Positions 12,351 to 25,037 of a DNA stretch of 64,000 nt are shown here, piece after piece. The position numbers were made by a program, and so were the translations under genes. The notes beneath the pieces are model-generated. The model was not told the origin of the DNA. It did no database searches and saw nothing but the letters and a program-made list of their open reading frames with translations. Position 1 is the stretch's first letter; the number at the start of each line of letters is the position of its first letter. The DNA comes from Mobula hypostoma. Its lineage: Eukaryota. The DNA is taken from positions 34,350,001-34,414,000 of the forward strand of contig NC_086108.1 in assembly GCF_963921235.1 (NCBI RefSeq), given 5' to 3'.

Positions 12351-15070
12351 ATGGAGCTGAGGAATTTATAAAGGCGCCGACCTTGGAGGCATTAGAGGAT
12401 GCCAGGAAATCGGAATTGATAGCTGTGGCCAAACGGTTGAATCTTGTTAAGGTGAAGTCGACAATGAGGAGAGAGGAGATACACAGAGCTATTGTAGAGC
12501 ACTATGTATCTAAAGGTGTGTTTCCCCAAGGTGAGCTGGGGGTGGTGTCTATTGAAAAACCTGCTGGAGACGGGGTACAGGTACAGCTTGAAAAACTGAG
12601 ACTCGAGCACGAGTTCCGGGTACGGCAGTTAGAACACGAAGAGAAGCAGTTAGAAAGGCAGGAGAGAGAGTTACAAAGGCGGGAGAAAGAGAAAGAGGTA
12701 GAAAGGCAAGAGAGAGAAAGACAGTTGGAGAGAGAAGAGAGGGACAGACAGTTGGAGAGAGAAGAGAAAGAGAGGGACAGACAGTTGGAGAGAGAGGAGA
12801 AACAGGGGGAAAGGGAATTTGAGCTGGAGAAGTTAAGGTTAAGGGCAGAGCAGGGTCTCATGCCGAACCAAGGTGGAGGGTTCCGGGCGACCCAGGAGGT
12901 TAGACTGGTTCCCCCGTTTGATGATACCGACGTAGATCGGTACTTTCTCCACTTCGAAAAAGTGGCTATAAGTTAGGACTGGCCGAGGGATAAGTGGGCT
13001 GTGTTACTTCAGTGTGTACTGAAAGGGAAAGCCCAAGAAGCTTACTCCGCTTTGTCCGCGGAAGATGCCCAGAGGTATGAGGTGGTGAAAGAGGCCATCC
13101 TCAGGATTTATGAGTTGGTCCCGGAGGCATCCCGGCAGAGGTTCCGGAATGCGAGGAAGCAGTGGGACCGCACGTATTTGGAGTTTGCCCGTGAGATGCA
13201 GACATATTGTGAGCGTTGGTGCGCCTCAAAGGGGGTAGAGGGGGATTATGACAGACTGCTACAACTGATCCTGATTGAGCAGTTTAAAGGTTGTGTCCCT
13301 GAGGGTATGAGACCCTACCTCGATGAGAAAGGGGCAGCCATGTTAGCCGCAACTGCTAAGTTAGCGGATGAGTATGCGTTGACGCATAAAATGAAGTTTG
13401 CCCTGAGTAAAGGCTACCAGAAGGGTAGTCAGGACAGCGGGGAGAGTCCGCCGGAAAAGTCAGAAAGTAAGCCGGGGACTAGTGAAAAGGATAAGGTAGA
13501 CCGGGAGCAGTCTGGTAGGAAGTCTCCTGGGGTCGTCTGTTATAATTGTGGGAAAGCCGGACACTTTGCGTCCAGATACTTTGCCCCAAAGAAGGAGACG
13601 GGAAAAGGAAAAACAGCGATTTTGAATGGTTGTATCGAGCTGTTAAACGATCCGCGAGGGAAGGACAGGTCTGAAAAAGTCCAGGAAGGGCGCGAGAGGT
13701 TTATCTCGGGCGGACTGGTGTCAGTGAAGGAGGGGTTAAAACCAGTTCCAGTGCGGATCTGGAGAGACACGGGAGCGTGTCAGTCACTAATACTGAAGAG
13801 TGTATTAGAGTTTAGCTCAGAGACCCAGACTGGGGAGGTAGAGGTCAAAGGTGTTGGGGAAGGGACAGAGTCAGTCCCTTTGCACCAGATACACTTACAA
13901 AGCAACCTGGTCTCTGAACTAGTCACGATCGGGGTGAGGTCCGAATTACCGATGAAAGGCGTGGAAATCTTGCTCGGTAATGACATCGCCGGGGGAATCG
14001 TGTTCCCAGTCGTGAGATTGACAGGTCAGCCCGCCAGCAGTGAGGCCCCGCCCATGGACTCACAGGTTCATCACGGGACTACGGTAGTGAATTTAGCTGA
14101 AACGTTTCTGCCAACCTTGTATGAGACGGGGTGTAGTGAGACAAGAGGTAGTGAGGGAGCTGGGACAGACGTAGCAGTAGCCAGGAAAGAACTTGTGCAG
14201 ACGCGGGAGCGAGACGAGGGGCTGATGGTTTCGGCAGAGACAGCTCTCTCTGACACAGCTTTAACAAGGGAACTAGTAGGCTATTGTGTGGAGGAGGAAG
14301 TGCTAAGGAAAAAAGGGAAATCAAGTACAGTACCCGCAGATGAGGAGTGGGGGGTGGTGCAAAAGAGTTATGGGGATGAGGTTTTTAACATGGCCCACGA
14401 GGTACCCCCCGGTGGACATTTTGCGGTGCTGGAGGAAACAGTTGGTGGAATCATGAAAGAGGTTTACCGGCTGCCCAGGGGGAAGAATGTTATTGATCAT
14501 GACCGACGCGAACTGAGACGGTCACCGGCTTTTGATATGCTAACAAACCTAGTCGGTGTTAGCGTGGAAATCAAAGAAGCTAGGGGCCCCCTGATAAGAG
14601 GAAAAAACCATTTTGAAAAGATTTGTATGGGATCGATCAGATGGGAGAAGGCTATTGTTTTGGCCAGGTCTACTGATAAGGTCTCTCCCTTAATCCCCGA
14701 ACAAAGCGAATCTTTAGAAGAAGTAATTAAACGACTCGCACCCGTGTGTTTGATTGTCCCGAGGCAATGCAAAGAACTGGGACGTTGGATGATGTCTGTT
14801 TCAATAGGTGAGCCTAGCAAACAACAGCCATATATAATGAGTAATTCAGTGACTAAAGGGCTGATGAACACAGAGGTGTGTATTGGCAATTTAATACGGC
14901 TGTCTGAAGCCAGTTTGATAGTGAACCTTGAAAAAAATGAATTCGGCCACACGAGGGTCACTTACCTGGGAATTGTGGTGACACAGGGGCAGCTGGCAGC
15001 GATGCAAGCTACAGTGCAGGCTATCGCTGACCTCCCTCGGAAGGTTCTTGGAGATGGTAGGGTACTGTAG
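12351..15070 (+). pseudogene. gag-pro-(degenerate pol) ORF of the LTR element
   Basis: Coiled-coil RQLEREE repeats, SCAN-like capsid (LKGKAQEAY..YEVVKEAIL..ASRQRFR), zinc knuckle CYNCGKAGHFASRY (last C to Y), protease RDTGA, then integrase and RT vestiges. One in-frame TAG at 12974-12976 and an apparent frameshift just after the ATG at 12351. Confidence 0.85.
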
Positions 15071-15443
15071 GAAGTTTTGCAATAACTCTGCGGTCAATAC
15101 CCCTCCCCCTTCTACTAAGCCCTTGCGAGAGAAAACTGAGTCGGATTGACGACCCTTGTTATTGTGGTCCGGGACAAAACCAAATGAGAGGTTACATTGA
15201 TCGAAATTCATCAGTGTTTTTGGCCACTATGAAGTTTGCTGAGTTAGAGCCTGGTCTAAGGGATTATTAATAACACATATAAAAGGAACAGAGAACGTGA
15301 TGACTGTCTGTCAAGGTGTTGACAACTTCAAACTCGCTGTGTTAGCCACATAGCTGATAAAGATGTATATTTGTGCGTGTATCAAATAATGTATTCATGT
15401 TTGTAATTTTTACCTCCCGGTAAAAATCCTTAAAGGGGGGAAG

Positions 15444-16272
15444 TGTGACGAATACACATAGATAAGATGTTAGCTGTCCTGTGTGATCAGCAGTTGGTCT
15501 GCCACCTGTCTTCAAGAGAGAGATAAGGAACACAATGAAACAGCACCTGGAGATGTGTAGAGAGCTGTCTGGAGCGGCTCCCCCTTTGAACCCTGAACTG
15601 TTTGAAGTGATGGACAGGCAATACCCCAGCAAGGGGATTAAAAAGGGACAGGTTCGCTAAGGCAGGACACACACGACACCCGTGGTAACGAGACCCTGGA
15701 AGCGGTGCGCCTCTCACGAGTCGGTGGGAAGTATCGGACAATGCACAGGGTGGAAAGGTACGATCAGCGGGAACCCGGTGTGTGTCCGCCCTTGCTTGGG
15801 TGCCGGGTTCACTGCAGAGGATCGACCGCATCTGGAGGAGGGGTCACAGTCGGTGACCTCAGGTGACATCACAAAGGACCTGCCCGAAAGCTGCTTGTGA
15901 GCAATATCGCCGGTCTGTGAGTGGAAGCCGTGTCTGAATGATCAGTCGTTCCCGTTCTCTCTCTCTGTCTCCCCCCCACGTTGTCCATCGCCATGGCAAC
16001 GATTACTGCGAACTGAACTAAATTGGACTGAACTTTTGTGTCACTTTGAAATTTGGTCATTTACCCCTAGACAACGATAAAGCCTGATTGATGCTGTTAT
16101 CTTAATTCTGTGCACATGTGTGTTTATCATTGCTGAACTGTTGCATTTATTATCCTTTCGATTCCTGTGTCGCTTGTTTCTTTAATAAAACTTTCTTAGT
16201 TCTAGTAATCCAGACTCCAACTGAGTGATCCATTTCTGCTGGTTTGGCAACCCAGTTACGGGGTACGTAACA
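15444..16272 (+). repeat. 3' LTR (829 bp)
   Basis: Direct repeat of 11419-12251, immediately after the PPT. Confidence 0.95.
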
Positions 16273-16859
16273 ACGTCAACTCCTATCTATCTCCCTCATA
16301 ATTTTAAATACTTCTATCAAGTCCCCCCTCAACCTTCTACATTCCAAAGAATAAAGACCCAACTTGTTCAACCTTTCTCTGTAACTTAGGTGATGAAACC
16401 CAGGTAACATTCCAGTAAATCTTCTCTGTACTCGCTCTGTTTTGTTGGCATCTTTCCTATAATTCGGTGACCAAAATTGTACACAATACTCCAAATTTGG
16501 CCTCACCAATGCCTTGTACAATTTCAACATTACATCCCATCTCCTATATTCAATGCTCTGATTTATAAAGGCCAGCATACCAAAAGCTTTCTTCACCACC
16601 CTATCCACATGAGATTCCACCTTCAGGGAACTATGCACCATTATTCCTAGATCCCTCTGTTCTACTGCATTCTTCACCATGTTAATGCTCAAGGAACTCG
16701 GTCATTTCATTTCATAAATGACTCCTAAATTTCATAATTCCTCCGCATTGCTGTGATGTCACAATGACGGGTCGTCCCGACCTTGAATGGAATAATTTCA
16801 GGAATATCCCCATGTACAGCAGATGGAAATACAACACTTTCAGACAAACTTCACTAACA

Positions 16860-17205
16860 AAGGTATACCAAACTATGAGGGGCATTGACAGGGTGGACAA
16901 TCCGAAAAGTTTCCCCTACAGCAGAGGTGTCTAAAACCAGAGGGGATTCATTGACGGGAGGTTGTAAGCGACTTAGGTGAGTCAAGAGCAAATTTTGTTT
17001 CAACCCACCGTACAGTTAGAATCTGGAACACACTGCCTAATTGGTGGTAAAGGCTGATACATTCAGAACATTAAAGAAGTATTCAGATTATTTGAATCAA
17101 CAAGGCACACAAGTCTATATTCCAAGTGCTAGTAATGGGATTAGAGTAGATGGTTGGATTGGACATAGTGATCTGAAGGGCTTGTTTCTGTGCTGTCTGA
17201 CCTTA
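16860..17205 (+). mobile_element. Old CR1 3' fragment
   Basis: Degenerate match to the CR1 3' ends elsewhere in this window. Confidence 0.65.
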
Positions 17206-18762
17206 TAAGTATCTCTGGTCAACACACAGTTGAGAAAGGAAATTGGTGGCTTGGACAACTTCTTGTTGTGGAACTGAAGCCTGAGAACCCATGACAATTG
17301 ATCCGAGAAACATAATCCCCACGTGAAAGAGCAAGAGGATAACTTGAGATTTGTAACAAATAAGCAGAAATTCCAAAAGACATTTCTGTGTGGTGACCAA
17401 AGAGGGAGCTTGATAACTATCTGGAAGAAAAAAGATTTATAAAAGAAAAGCATGTAGCTAAATTGAATTAATTAGTTTTCAATCCCTTTTGTCCTTATGT
17501 GCTGAAGTACGAGGCAGGATTGAAGAATTGGCTGGTCTTGTCCTGCCCATCAATTACACTTGCTCATTAGAAAATGTCTGCAGGATTAATCCCAAGCTGT
17601 TACTATGAATAAATGAATGTCACAAAGTTTTCACTTGGCTGCTTCTTCCCCTCAGTTTAAATCTGAACTGCAAACACCCGTGAAAGAAAACAGACAAAGT
17701 AATAACACGGTTTATAGCTTCATTGTGGAAGATATCAATAGATCTTAAATAAGTATCTGGCACCGTTAGCGTGCAAGAACAATACACGTGCAGTCACCTG
17801 GCGACCATTTTTACGTAGATACCTGCAGATGCTTGAAGGAAATGCCATTACTCTAGGAGTACTACAGATTGCTTTCATAGCTACAAGGACATGCATTCCC
17901 AGTTCCTGCAGGATTCAACACCACACCTATTCCTTTCCCATGCCGGGGATCTAAAGTTCTTGGCTTTTGAAGGAGCTTTATTAGCATCCTTAATATTATG
18001 AGCTATGTGCAGGGGGTGCACATGTCAGTGAATGTGTGCTATATAATTGTTTTGGATTGTTATAAGGATGTTGGTCCACACCCTTACATCCCCTTGCCTC
18101 TTGCCTAACTCAGTACTGTTAATCTACGTAAAACATTTTTTTCAAACTAGCACCTTTCCAAAGAGTAGCAGTGTTGTTGGATTCTACAGGACCTAGAGTC
18201 CAGCAGTGCCTACCTTACACTTAAACCCAAGCAGATCCGCAAATGTGACCCATCACTGTGATTTCAGTGTACAGGCCTGTGCTTGCCAACCCCACTGAAG
18301 CATACAAGTTATGTTCACTCAGTGATCATCATCAGTTTTCATCATTTACAGCCTGGCCGTGCCAAGGGTCCAGTTTCAGTGGGGTGTGACAAGTGGGTGG
18401 ATCACTAAAACCAGGCGGTGGTGCCCAGCCACCATAAGGGAAGAGCAGTCCAAGCTAGTTTTAACTCAATGACCACAGCCGGATAATTAACATGGCTGGC
18501 AGAGTCGTGACAAGACTGGCAGGTAAGAGCTTGATTCACGATGGGATCTAGTTTATGCCAGATTAGTTCTTCGTCTCAGCATAAGTATTGAGGGCTTTCC
18601 CAAAGAAGGGTAGGCAGTGGGAAGTCTAGGACAAAAGAAATTTGAGATCTGCTCCAAGCTCCTCTATATCAGATGTTCTCAAAGACTAGGAATTTGCTTC
18701 TCTCAGTTCCTATGCTAAGTATTCTGCCCTCACTCAAGAGATTTCCTCATTTTCTTAAGCTA

Positions 18763-19070
18763 ATAATAAAGGCATCCATTAGTCTTGCGAGACCATGGAT
18801 CTGCGCCTGGAAAGTCTTCACTCTCCAGGGCACAAGCCTGGGCAAGGTTGTATGGAAGACCAGCAGTTGCCCATGCTGCAAGTATCCCCTCTCCATGACA
18901 CTGATGTTGTCCAAGGGAAGGGCAAGTTCTGATACAGCTTGGCACCAGTGTCGTCACAGAGCACTGTGTGGATAAGTGCCTTGCTCAAGGTCACAACATG
19001 CTGCCTCAGCTGGGGCTCGAACTCACGGCCTTCAGATCTCTAGTCCAATGCCTTAACCACTTGGCCACGT
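18763..19070 (-). mobile_element. tRNA-derived SINE
   Basis: The minus strand begins with a Pol III A box TGGCCAAGTGG (19067-19057) and B box GTTCGAGCCC (19022-19013), and ends in a (TTA)n-like tail. Confidence 0.7.
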
Positions 19071-19298
19071 AGTTTTCTTAAGCTAGACAGATAGATAACT
19101 CCAGTCCCAGTGTAGCTGTGGTTGAAAGCAGTTTTATTATTCACCAATACGTTAGAGTATGCAAGGAGCCAGTATAAAAATTCAGTCCTTCTTGCACTCT
19201 CAAGCGCTGATCAAAACTCCCTCAACTTCCAACAAACAACACACATAAAAATTGCTAGTGAACGCAGCAGGCCAGGCAGCATCTATAGGAAGAGGTAC

Positions 19299-19334
19299 AG
19301 TCAACGTTTCGGGCCGAGACGCTTCGTCAGGACT
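19299..19334 (-). ncRNA. Minimal type I hammerhead ribozyme motif in the Penelope tail
   Basis: AGUC-CUGACGA-AGCGUCUCGGCCC-GAAAC-GUU-GACU; one mismatch in stem II. Confidence 0.7.
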
Positions 19335-20576
19335 AACTGAAAGAACAGATAGTAGGAAATTTGAAAGTGGGAGGGGGAGGGGAGATCCAAAATGATAGGA
19401 GAAGATAGGAGGGGGAGAGATGGAGCTAAGAGCTGGACAGGTGATTGGCAAAAGGGATACAAGGCTGGAGAATGGAGAAGATCATGGGATGGGAGGCCTA
19501 GGAAGAAAGAAAGGGGGAGGGGGGAAGCCCAGAGGATGGGCAAGGAGTATAGTGAGAGGGACAGAGGGAGAAAAAGGAGAGAGAGAAAATAATAATAATA
19601 AATAAATAACAGATGGGGTATGAAGGGGAGGTAGGCATTAACGGAAGTTGGAGAAGTCAATGTTCATGCCATCAGGTTGGAGGCTACCCAGACAGAATAT
19701 AAGGTGTTGTTCCTCCAATCTGAGTGTGGCTTCATCTTTACAGTAGAGGAGGCCGTGGATTGACATATCAGAATGGGAATGGGATGTGGAATTAAAATGT
19801 GTGGCAACTGGGAGATCCTGCTTTCTCTGGCAGACAGAACGTAGTTGTTCAGCGAAACGGTCTCCCAGTCTGCGTCAGGTCTCGCCAATATATAGAAGGC
19901 CACATCGGGAGCACCGGACACGGTATATCACCCCAGCCAACTCACAGGTGAAGTGTCGCCTCACCTGGAAGGACTGTCTGGGGCCCTGAATGGTAGTGAG
20001 GGAGGAAGTGTAAGGGCATGTGTAGCACTTGTTCTGCTTACGAGGATAAGTGGTTAGGTATGGAATCCAAAAAGAAGCAAACAGCTTTGAGACCTTCCTG
20101 GTAGGGGATGGAAGTATATAGGGACTGGACATCATGGTGAAAATAATGCGGTGGGGGCCAGGGAACTTAAAATCATTGAAAAAATTGAGAGCGTGAGAAG
20201 TGTCACGAACATAGGTGGGAAGGGATTGAACAAGGGGGGAATAAAACCGTCTCGAGGTATGCAGAAATGAGTTCGGTGGGACAGGAGCAAGCTGAGACAA
20301 TGGGTCTACCTGGACAGGCAAGTTTGTGGATCTTGGGTAGGAGGTAGAAATGGGAACTGCGGGGTGTGGGAACTATAAGGTTGATAGCAGTGGATGGGAG
20401 ATCCCCTGAGCGGATAAAGTCGGTGATGGTGTGGGAGACAATGGCCTGGTGCTCCTTAGTGGGGTCACGATCGAGGGGTAAATAAGAGGAGGTATCCGCG
20501 AGTTGTCGCTGTGCCTCGGCAAGGTAGAGGTCAGTGCACCAGACTACAACAGCAACCTCCTTATCGGCGGGTTTTA

Positions 20577-22953
20577 CATAGAAACATAGAAACATAGAAA
20601 ATAGGTGCAGGAGTAGGCCATTCAGCCCTTCGAGCCTGCACTGCCATTTATTATGATCATGGCTGATCATCCAACTCAGAACCCCGCCCCAGCCTTCCCT
20701 CCATACCCCCTGATCCCCGTAGCCACAAGGGCCATATCTAACTCCCTCTTAAATATAGCCAATGAACTGGCCTCAACTGTTTCCTGTGGCAGAGAATTCC
20801 ACAGATTCACCACTCTCTGTGTGAAGAAGTTTTTCCTCATCTCGGTCCTAAAAGGTTTCCCCTTTATCCTCAAACTGTGACCCCTTGTTCTGGACTTCCC
20901 CAACATCGGGAACAATCTTCCTGCATCTAGCCTGTCCAATCCCTTTAGGATTTTAGACGTTTCAATCAGATCCCCCCTCAATCTTCTAAATTCCAACGAG
21001 TACAAGCTCAGTTCATCCAGTCTTTCTTCATATGAAAGTCCTGCCATCCCAGGAATCAATCTGGTGAACCTTCTTTGTACTCCCTCTATGGCAAGGATGT
21101 CTTTCCTCAGATTAGGGGACCAAAACTGCACACAATACTCTGGGTGTGGTCTCACCAAGGCCTTGTACAACTGCAGTAGTACCTCCCTGCTCCTGTACTC
21201 GAATTCTCTCGCTATAAATGCCAGCATACCATTCGCCTTTTTCACCGCCTGCTATACCTGCATGCCCACTTTCAATGACTGGTGTATAATGACACCCAGG
21301 TCTCGTTGCACCTCCCCTTTTCCTAATCGGCCACCATTCAGATAATAATCTGTTTTCCTATTTTTGCCACCAAAGTGGATAACTTCACATTTATCCACAT
21401 TAAATTGCATCTGCCATGAATTTGCCCACTCACCCAACCTATCCAAGTCACTCTGCATCCTCTTAGCATCCTCCTCACAGCTAACACTGCCACCCAGCTT
21501 CATGTCATCCGCAAACTTGCATTTAATTCCCTCATCCAAGTCATTAATATATATTGTAAACAACTGGGGTCCCAGCACTGAGCCTTGCGGTACCCCACTA
21601 GTCACCGCCTGCCATTCTGAAAAGGTCCCGTTTATTCCCACTCTTTGCTTCCTGTCTGCGAACCAATTCTCCATCCACATCTATACCTTACCCCCAATAC
21701 CGTGTGCTTTAAGTTTGCACACTAATCTCCTGTGTGGGACCTTGTCAAAAGCCTTTTGAAAATCCAAATATACCACATCCACTGGTTCTCCCCTATCCAC
21801 TCTACTGGTTACATCCTCAAAAAATTCTATGAGATGCGTCAGACATGATTTTCCTTTCACAAATCCATGCTGACTTTGTCCGATGATTTCACTGCTTTCC
21901 AAATGTGCTGTTATCACATCTTTGATAACTGACTCCAGCAGTTTCCCCACCACCGACGTTAGGCTAACTGGTCTATAATTCCCCAGTTTCTCTCTCACTC
22001 CTTTTTTAAAAAGTGGGGTTACATTAGCCACCCTCCAATTCTCAGGAACTAGTCCAGAATCTAACGAGTTTTGAAAAATTATCACTAATGCATCCACTAT
22101 TTCTTGGGCTACTTCCTTAAGCACTCTAGGATGCAGACCATCTGGCCCTGGGGATTTATCTGCCTTCAATCCCTTCAATTTACCTAACACCACTTCCCTA
22201 CTAACAAGTATTTCGCTCAGTTCCTCCATCTCACTGGATCCTCTGTCCCCTACTATTTCTGGAAGATTATTTATGTCCTCCTTAGTGAAAACAGAACCAA
22301 AGTAATTATTCAATTGGTCTGCCATGTCCTTGCTCCCCATAATCAATTCACCTGTTTCTGTCTGTAGGGGACCTACATTTACCTTTACCAGTCTTTTCCT
22401 TTTTACATATCTATAAAAGCTTTTACAGTCAGTTTTTATGTTCCCTGCCAGTTTTCTCTCATAATCTTTTTTCCCCTTCCTAGTTAAGCCCTTTGTCCTC
22501 CTCTGCTGAACTCTGGATTTCTCCCAGTCCTCAGGTGAGCCACTTTCTCTAGCTAATTTGTATGCTTCTTCTTTGGAATTGATACTATCCCTAATTTCTC
22601 TTGTCAGCCACTGGTGCACTACCTTCCTTGATTTATTCTTTTGCCAAACTGGGATGAACAATTGTTGTAGTTCATCCATGCAACCTTTAAATGCTTGCCA
22701 TTGCATATCCACCGTCAATCCTTTAAGTGTCATTTGCCAGTCTATCTTAGCTAATTCACGTCTCATACCTTCAAAGTTACCCCTCTTTAAGTTCAGAACC
22801 TTTGTTTCTGAATTAACTATGTCACTCTCCATCTTAATGAAGAATTCCACCATATTATGGTCACTCTTACCCAAGGGGCCTCTCACGACAAGATTGCTAA
22901 TTAACCCTTCCTCATTGCTCAAAACCCAGTCCAGAATAGCCTGCTCTCTAGTT
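20577..22953 (-). mobile_element. Young 5'-truncated CR1 LINE (element C)
   Basis: 413-aa, 142-aa and 189-aa ORF2 pieces (SDHN, PVSLTS, GVPQGS, KFADD). (CATAGAAA)n tail. 7-bp TSD ggtttta at 20570-20576 and 22954-22960. Confidence 0.93.
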
Positions 22954-24483
22954 GGTTTTATAGTAAGGTTAGGATTAGTGCGGAGGGAGTGGAGAGCAGA
23001 GTTTTCAGAAGGAGTTAGGTTGGAATGGGAACAAGGTGCAGTGAAGTCGAGATGGTTGGTGTCCCATCGGCAGTTAGCAATAAAGAGATCCAGTATAGGC
23101 AGAAAACCAGAGCGGAGTGTCCATGAAGAGGAGGAGGGATGAATATGGGAGAAGGGGGCATCAGTGGGGGTGGGAGAGTCTTTGCTGAAGAAGTAGGTTT
23201 GAAGACATAGCCGGCGGAAGGAGTGTTCAGCATCTCCTTTCTTGATCTTTCTGTCTCTATCTCTGGAGACAGCTTATCTACCGATGTCTACTATAAGCCT
23301 ACAGACTCTCACAGCTACCTGGACTATTCCTTTTCTCACCCTGTCTCTTGCAAAAATGTCATCCCCTTCTCGCAATTCCTCCGTCTCCGCCGCATCTACT
23401 CTCAGGATGAAGCTTTTCATTCCAGGACGAGGGAGATGTCCTCCTTTTTTAAAGAAAGGGGCTTCCCTTCCTCCACCATCAACTCTGCTCTCAAATGTAT
23501 CTCTCCCATTTCACGCACATCTGCTCCCACCCCATCCTCCCCCACCCCACTAGGAATAGGGTTCCCCTTGTCCTCACCTACCACCCCACCAGCCTCCGGG
23601 TCCAACATATAATTTTCCGTAACTTCCACCACTTCCAATGGGATCTCACCACTAAGCACATCTTTCCCTCCCCCCCCCCGCTTTCCGCAGGGATCGCTCC
23701 CTACGCGACTCCCTTGTCCATTCGTTCCCCCTGCAATCCCTTCCCACCGATCTCCCTCCTGGCACTTATCCTTGTAAACGGAACAAGAGCTACACATGCC
23801 CTTACACTTCCTCCCTCACCACCATTCGGGGCCCCAGACAGTCTTTCCAGGTGAGGCGACACTTCACCTGTGAGCCGGCTGGGGTGATATACTGCATCCG
23901 GTGCTCCCGATGCGGCCTTCTATATATTGGTGAGACCTGACGCAGGCTGGGAGACCGTTTCACTAAACACCTACACTCTGTCCACCAGAGAAAACAGGAT
24001 CTCCCAGTGGCCACACATTTTAATCCCACATCCCATTCCCATTCTGATATGTCTATCCACGGCCTCCTCTACTGTCAAGATGAAGCCACACTCAGGTTGG
24101 AGGAACAACACCTTATATTCCATCTGGGTAGCCTCCAACCTGATGGCAAGAACATTGACTTCTCCAACTTCCATTAATGCCCACCTCCCCTTCGTATCCC
24201 ATCCGTTATTTATTTATTATTATTATTATTAACTTTTTTTTCTTTCTCTCTCTCCTTTTTCTCCCTCTGTCCCTCTCACTATACTCCTTGCCCATCCTCT
24301 GGGCTTCCCACCTCCCCCTTTCTTTCTCCCTAGGCCTCCCGTCCCATGATCCTCTCATATCCCTTTTGCCAATCAACTTTCCAGCTCTTGGCTCCATCCC
24401 TCCCCCTCCTGTCTTCTGCTATCATTTTGGATCTCCCCCTCCCCCTCCCACTTTCAAATCTCTTACTATCTGTTCTTTCAGTT

Positions 24484-24519
24484 AGTCCTGACGAAGGGTC
24501 TCGGCCCAAAACGTCGACT
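24484..24519 (+). ncRNA. Minimal hammerhead ribozyme motif with a mutated core
   Basis: AGUC-CUGACGA-AGGGUCUCGGCCC-AAAAC-GUC-GACU; GAAA changed to AAAA at 24508. Confidence 0.7.
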
Positions 24520-25037
24520 GTACCCCTTCCTATAGATGCTGCCTGGCCTGCTGTGTTCACCAGCAATTTTTATGTGTTGCTTGAAATTCCAGCGTCTGCA
24601 GATTTCCTCGTGTCGACTTCCAACAGAATGGCTGAAATGCACAAGCAATATAAAATGGCCGACCTGATAATGAAAGCATATTGCCTAACAATGCGATGAT
24701 GAGAAATCAACAACAGTTGTGAACCCACAAGTAAGATCTGGTAATTAGAAATACAACAGGAAAGGCATAACACTGAGTATTATTGGATTTCACTGCCCAG
24801 GATCCCACAACCCTTCCCAACAATCACATCATAATGAGTACAATGTCATTGTGGGGATCAGCAGATCCAATTAAATGATCTCCTCCTGCTTTCCTATAAG
24901 GGGAAGTTACACCAACTCCAAAAGAAAATATTGGAAATATTCAGGACAGGCCACCCCCATACAAAGAAACAGAGTTAGCCCAGCAGGTCAGTAGCCTTTC
25001 ATTAGAATACATCTCACAAGAGGTTATTGGACTGAAA

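Larger units (their letters stand above)
11419..16272 (+). mobile_element. Complete non-autonomous Ty3/Gypsy LTR retrotransposon, Gmr1-like
   Basis: Two TG...CA LTRs, 4-bp TSD acgt (11415-11418, 16273-16276), PBS, polypurine tract aaaggggggaag (15432-15443), and a gag-protease ORF with decayed pol. Confidence 0.93.
11086..16680 (-). mobile_element. 5'-truncated CR1 3' fragment (same family as B), split by the LTR element
   Basis: 11086-11418 and 16273-16680 are the reverse complement of about 6800-7530, including the ccatataa tail. Confidence 0.92.
19235..24612. mobile_element. Penelope-like element, inverted composite, with a nested CR1
   Basis: Minus arm (19235-20576 and 22961-~23225): RT N-terminal motifs KPADK and FYLLPKIHK..PGRPIVS plus GIY-YIG (VIY..RCSRCGLLYIGET). 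Plus arm (~23225-24612): RT C-terminus FLDL..VYYKPTDSHSYL, GIY-YIG and 3' tail. Flanked by tcaacttccaaca (19222-19234) and tcgacttccaaca (24613-24625). Confidence 0.88.

Noticed and set aside
12502..14961. Minus-strand ORFs of 76-154 aa
   Set aside because: Antisense shadows of the gag-pol frame.
18990..19070. tRNA gene
   Set aside because: A and B boxes are present but no convincing cloverleaf, and the sequence continues into a SINE body.
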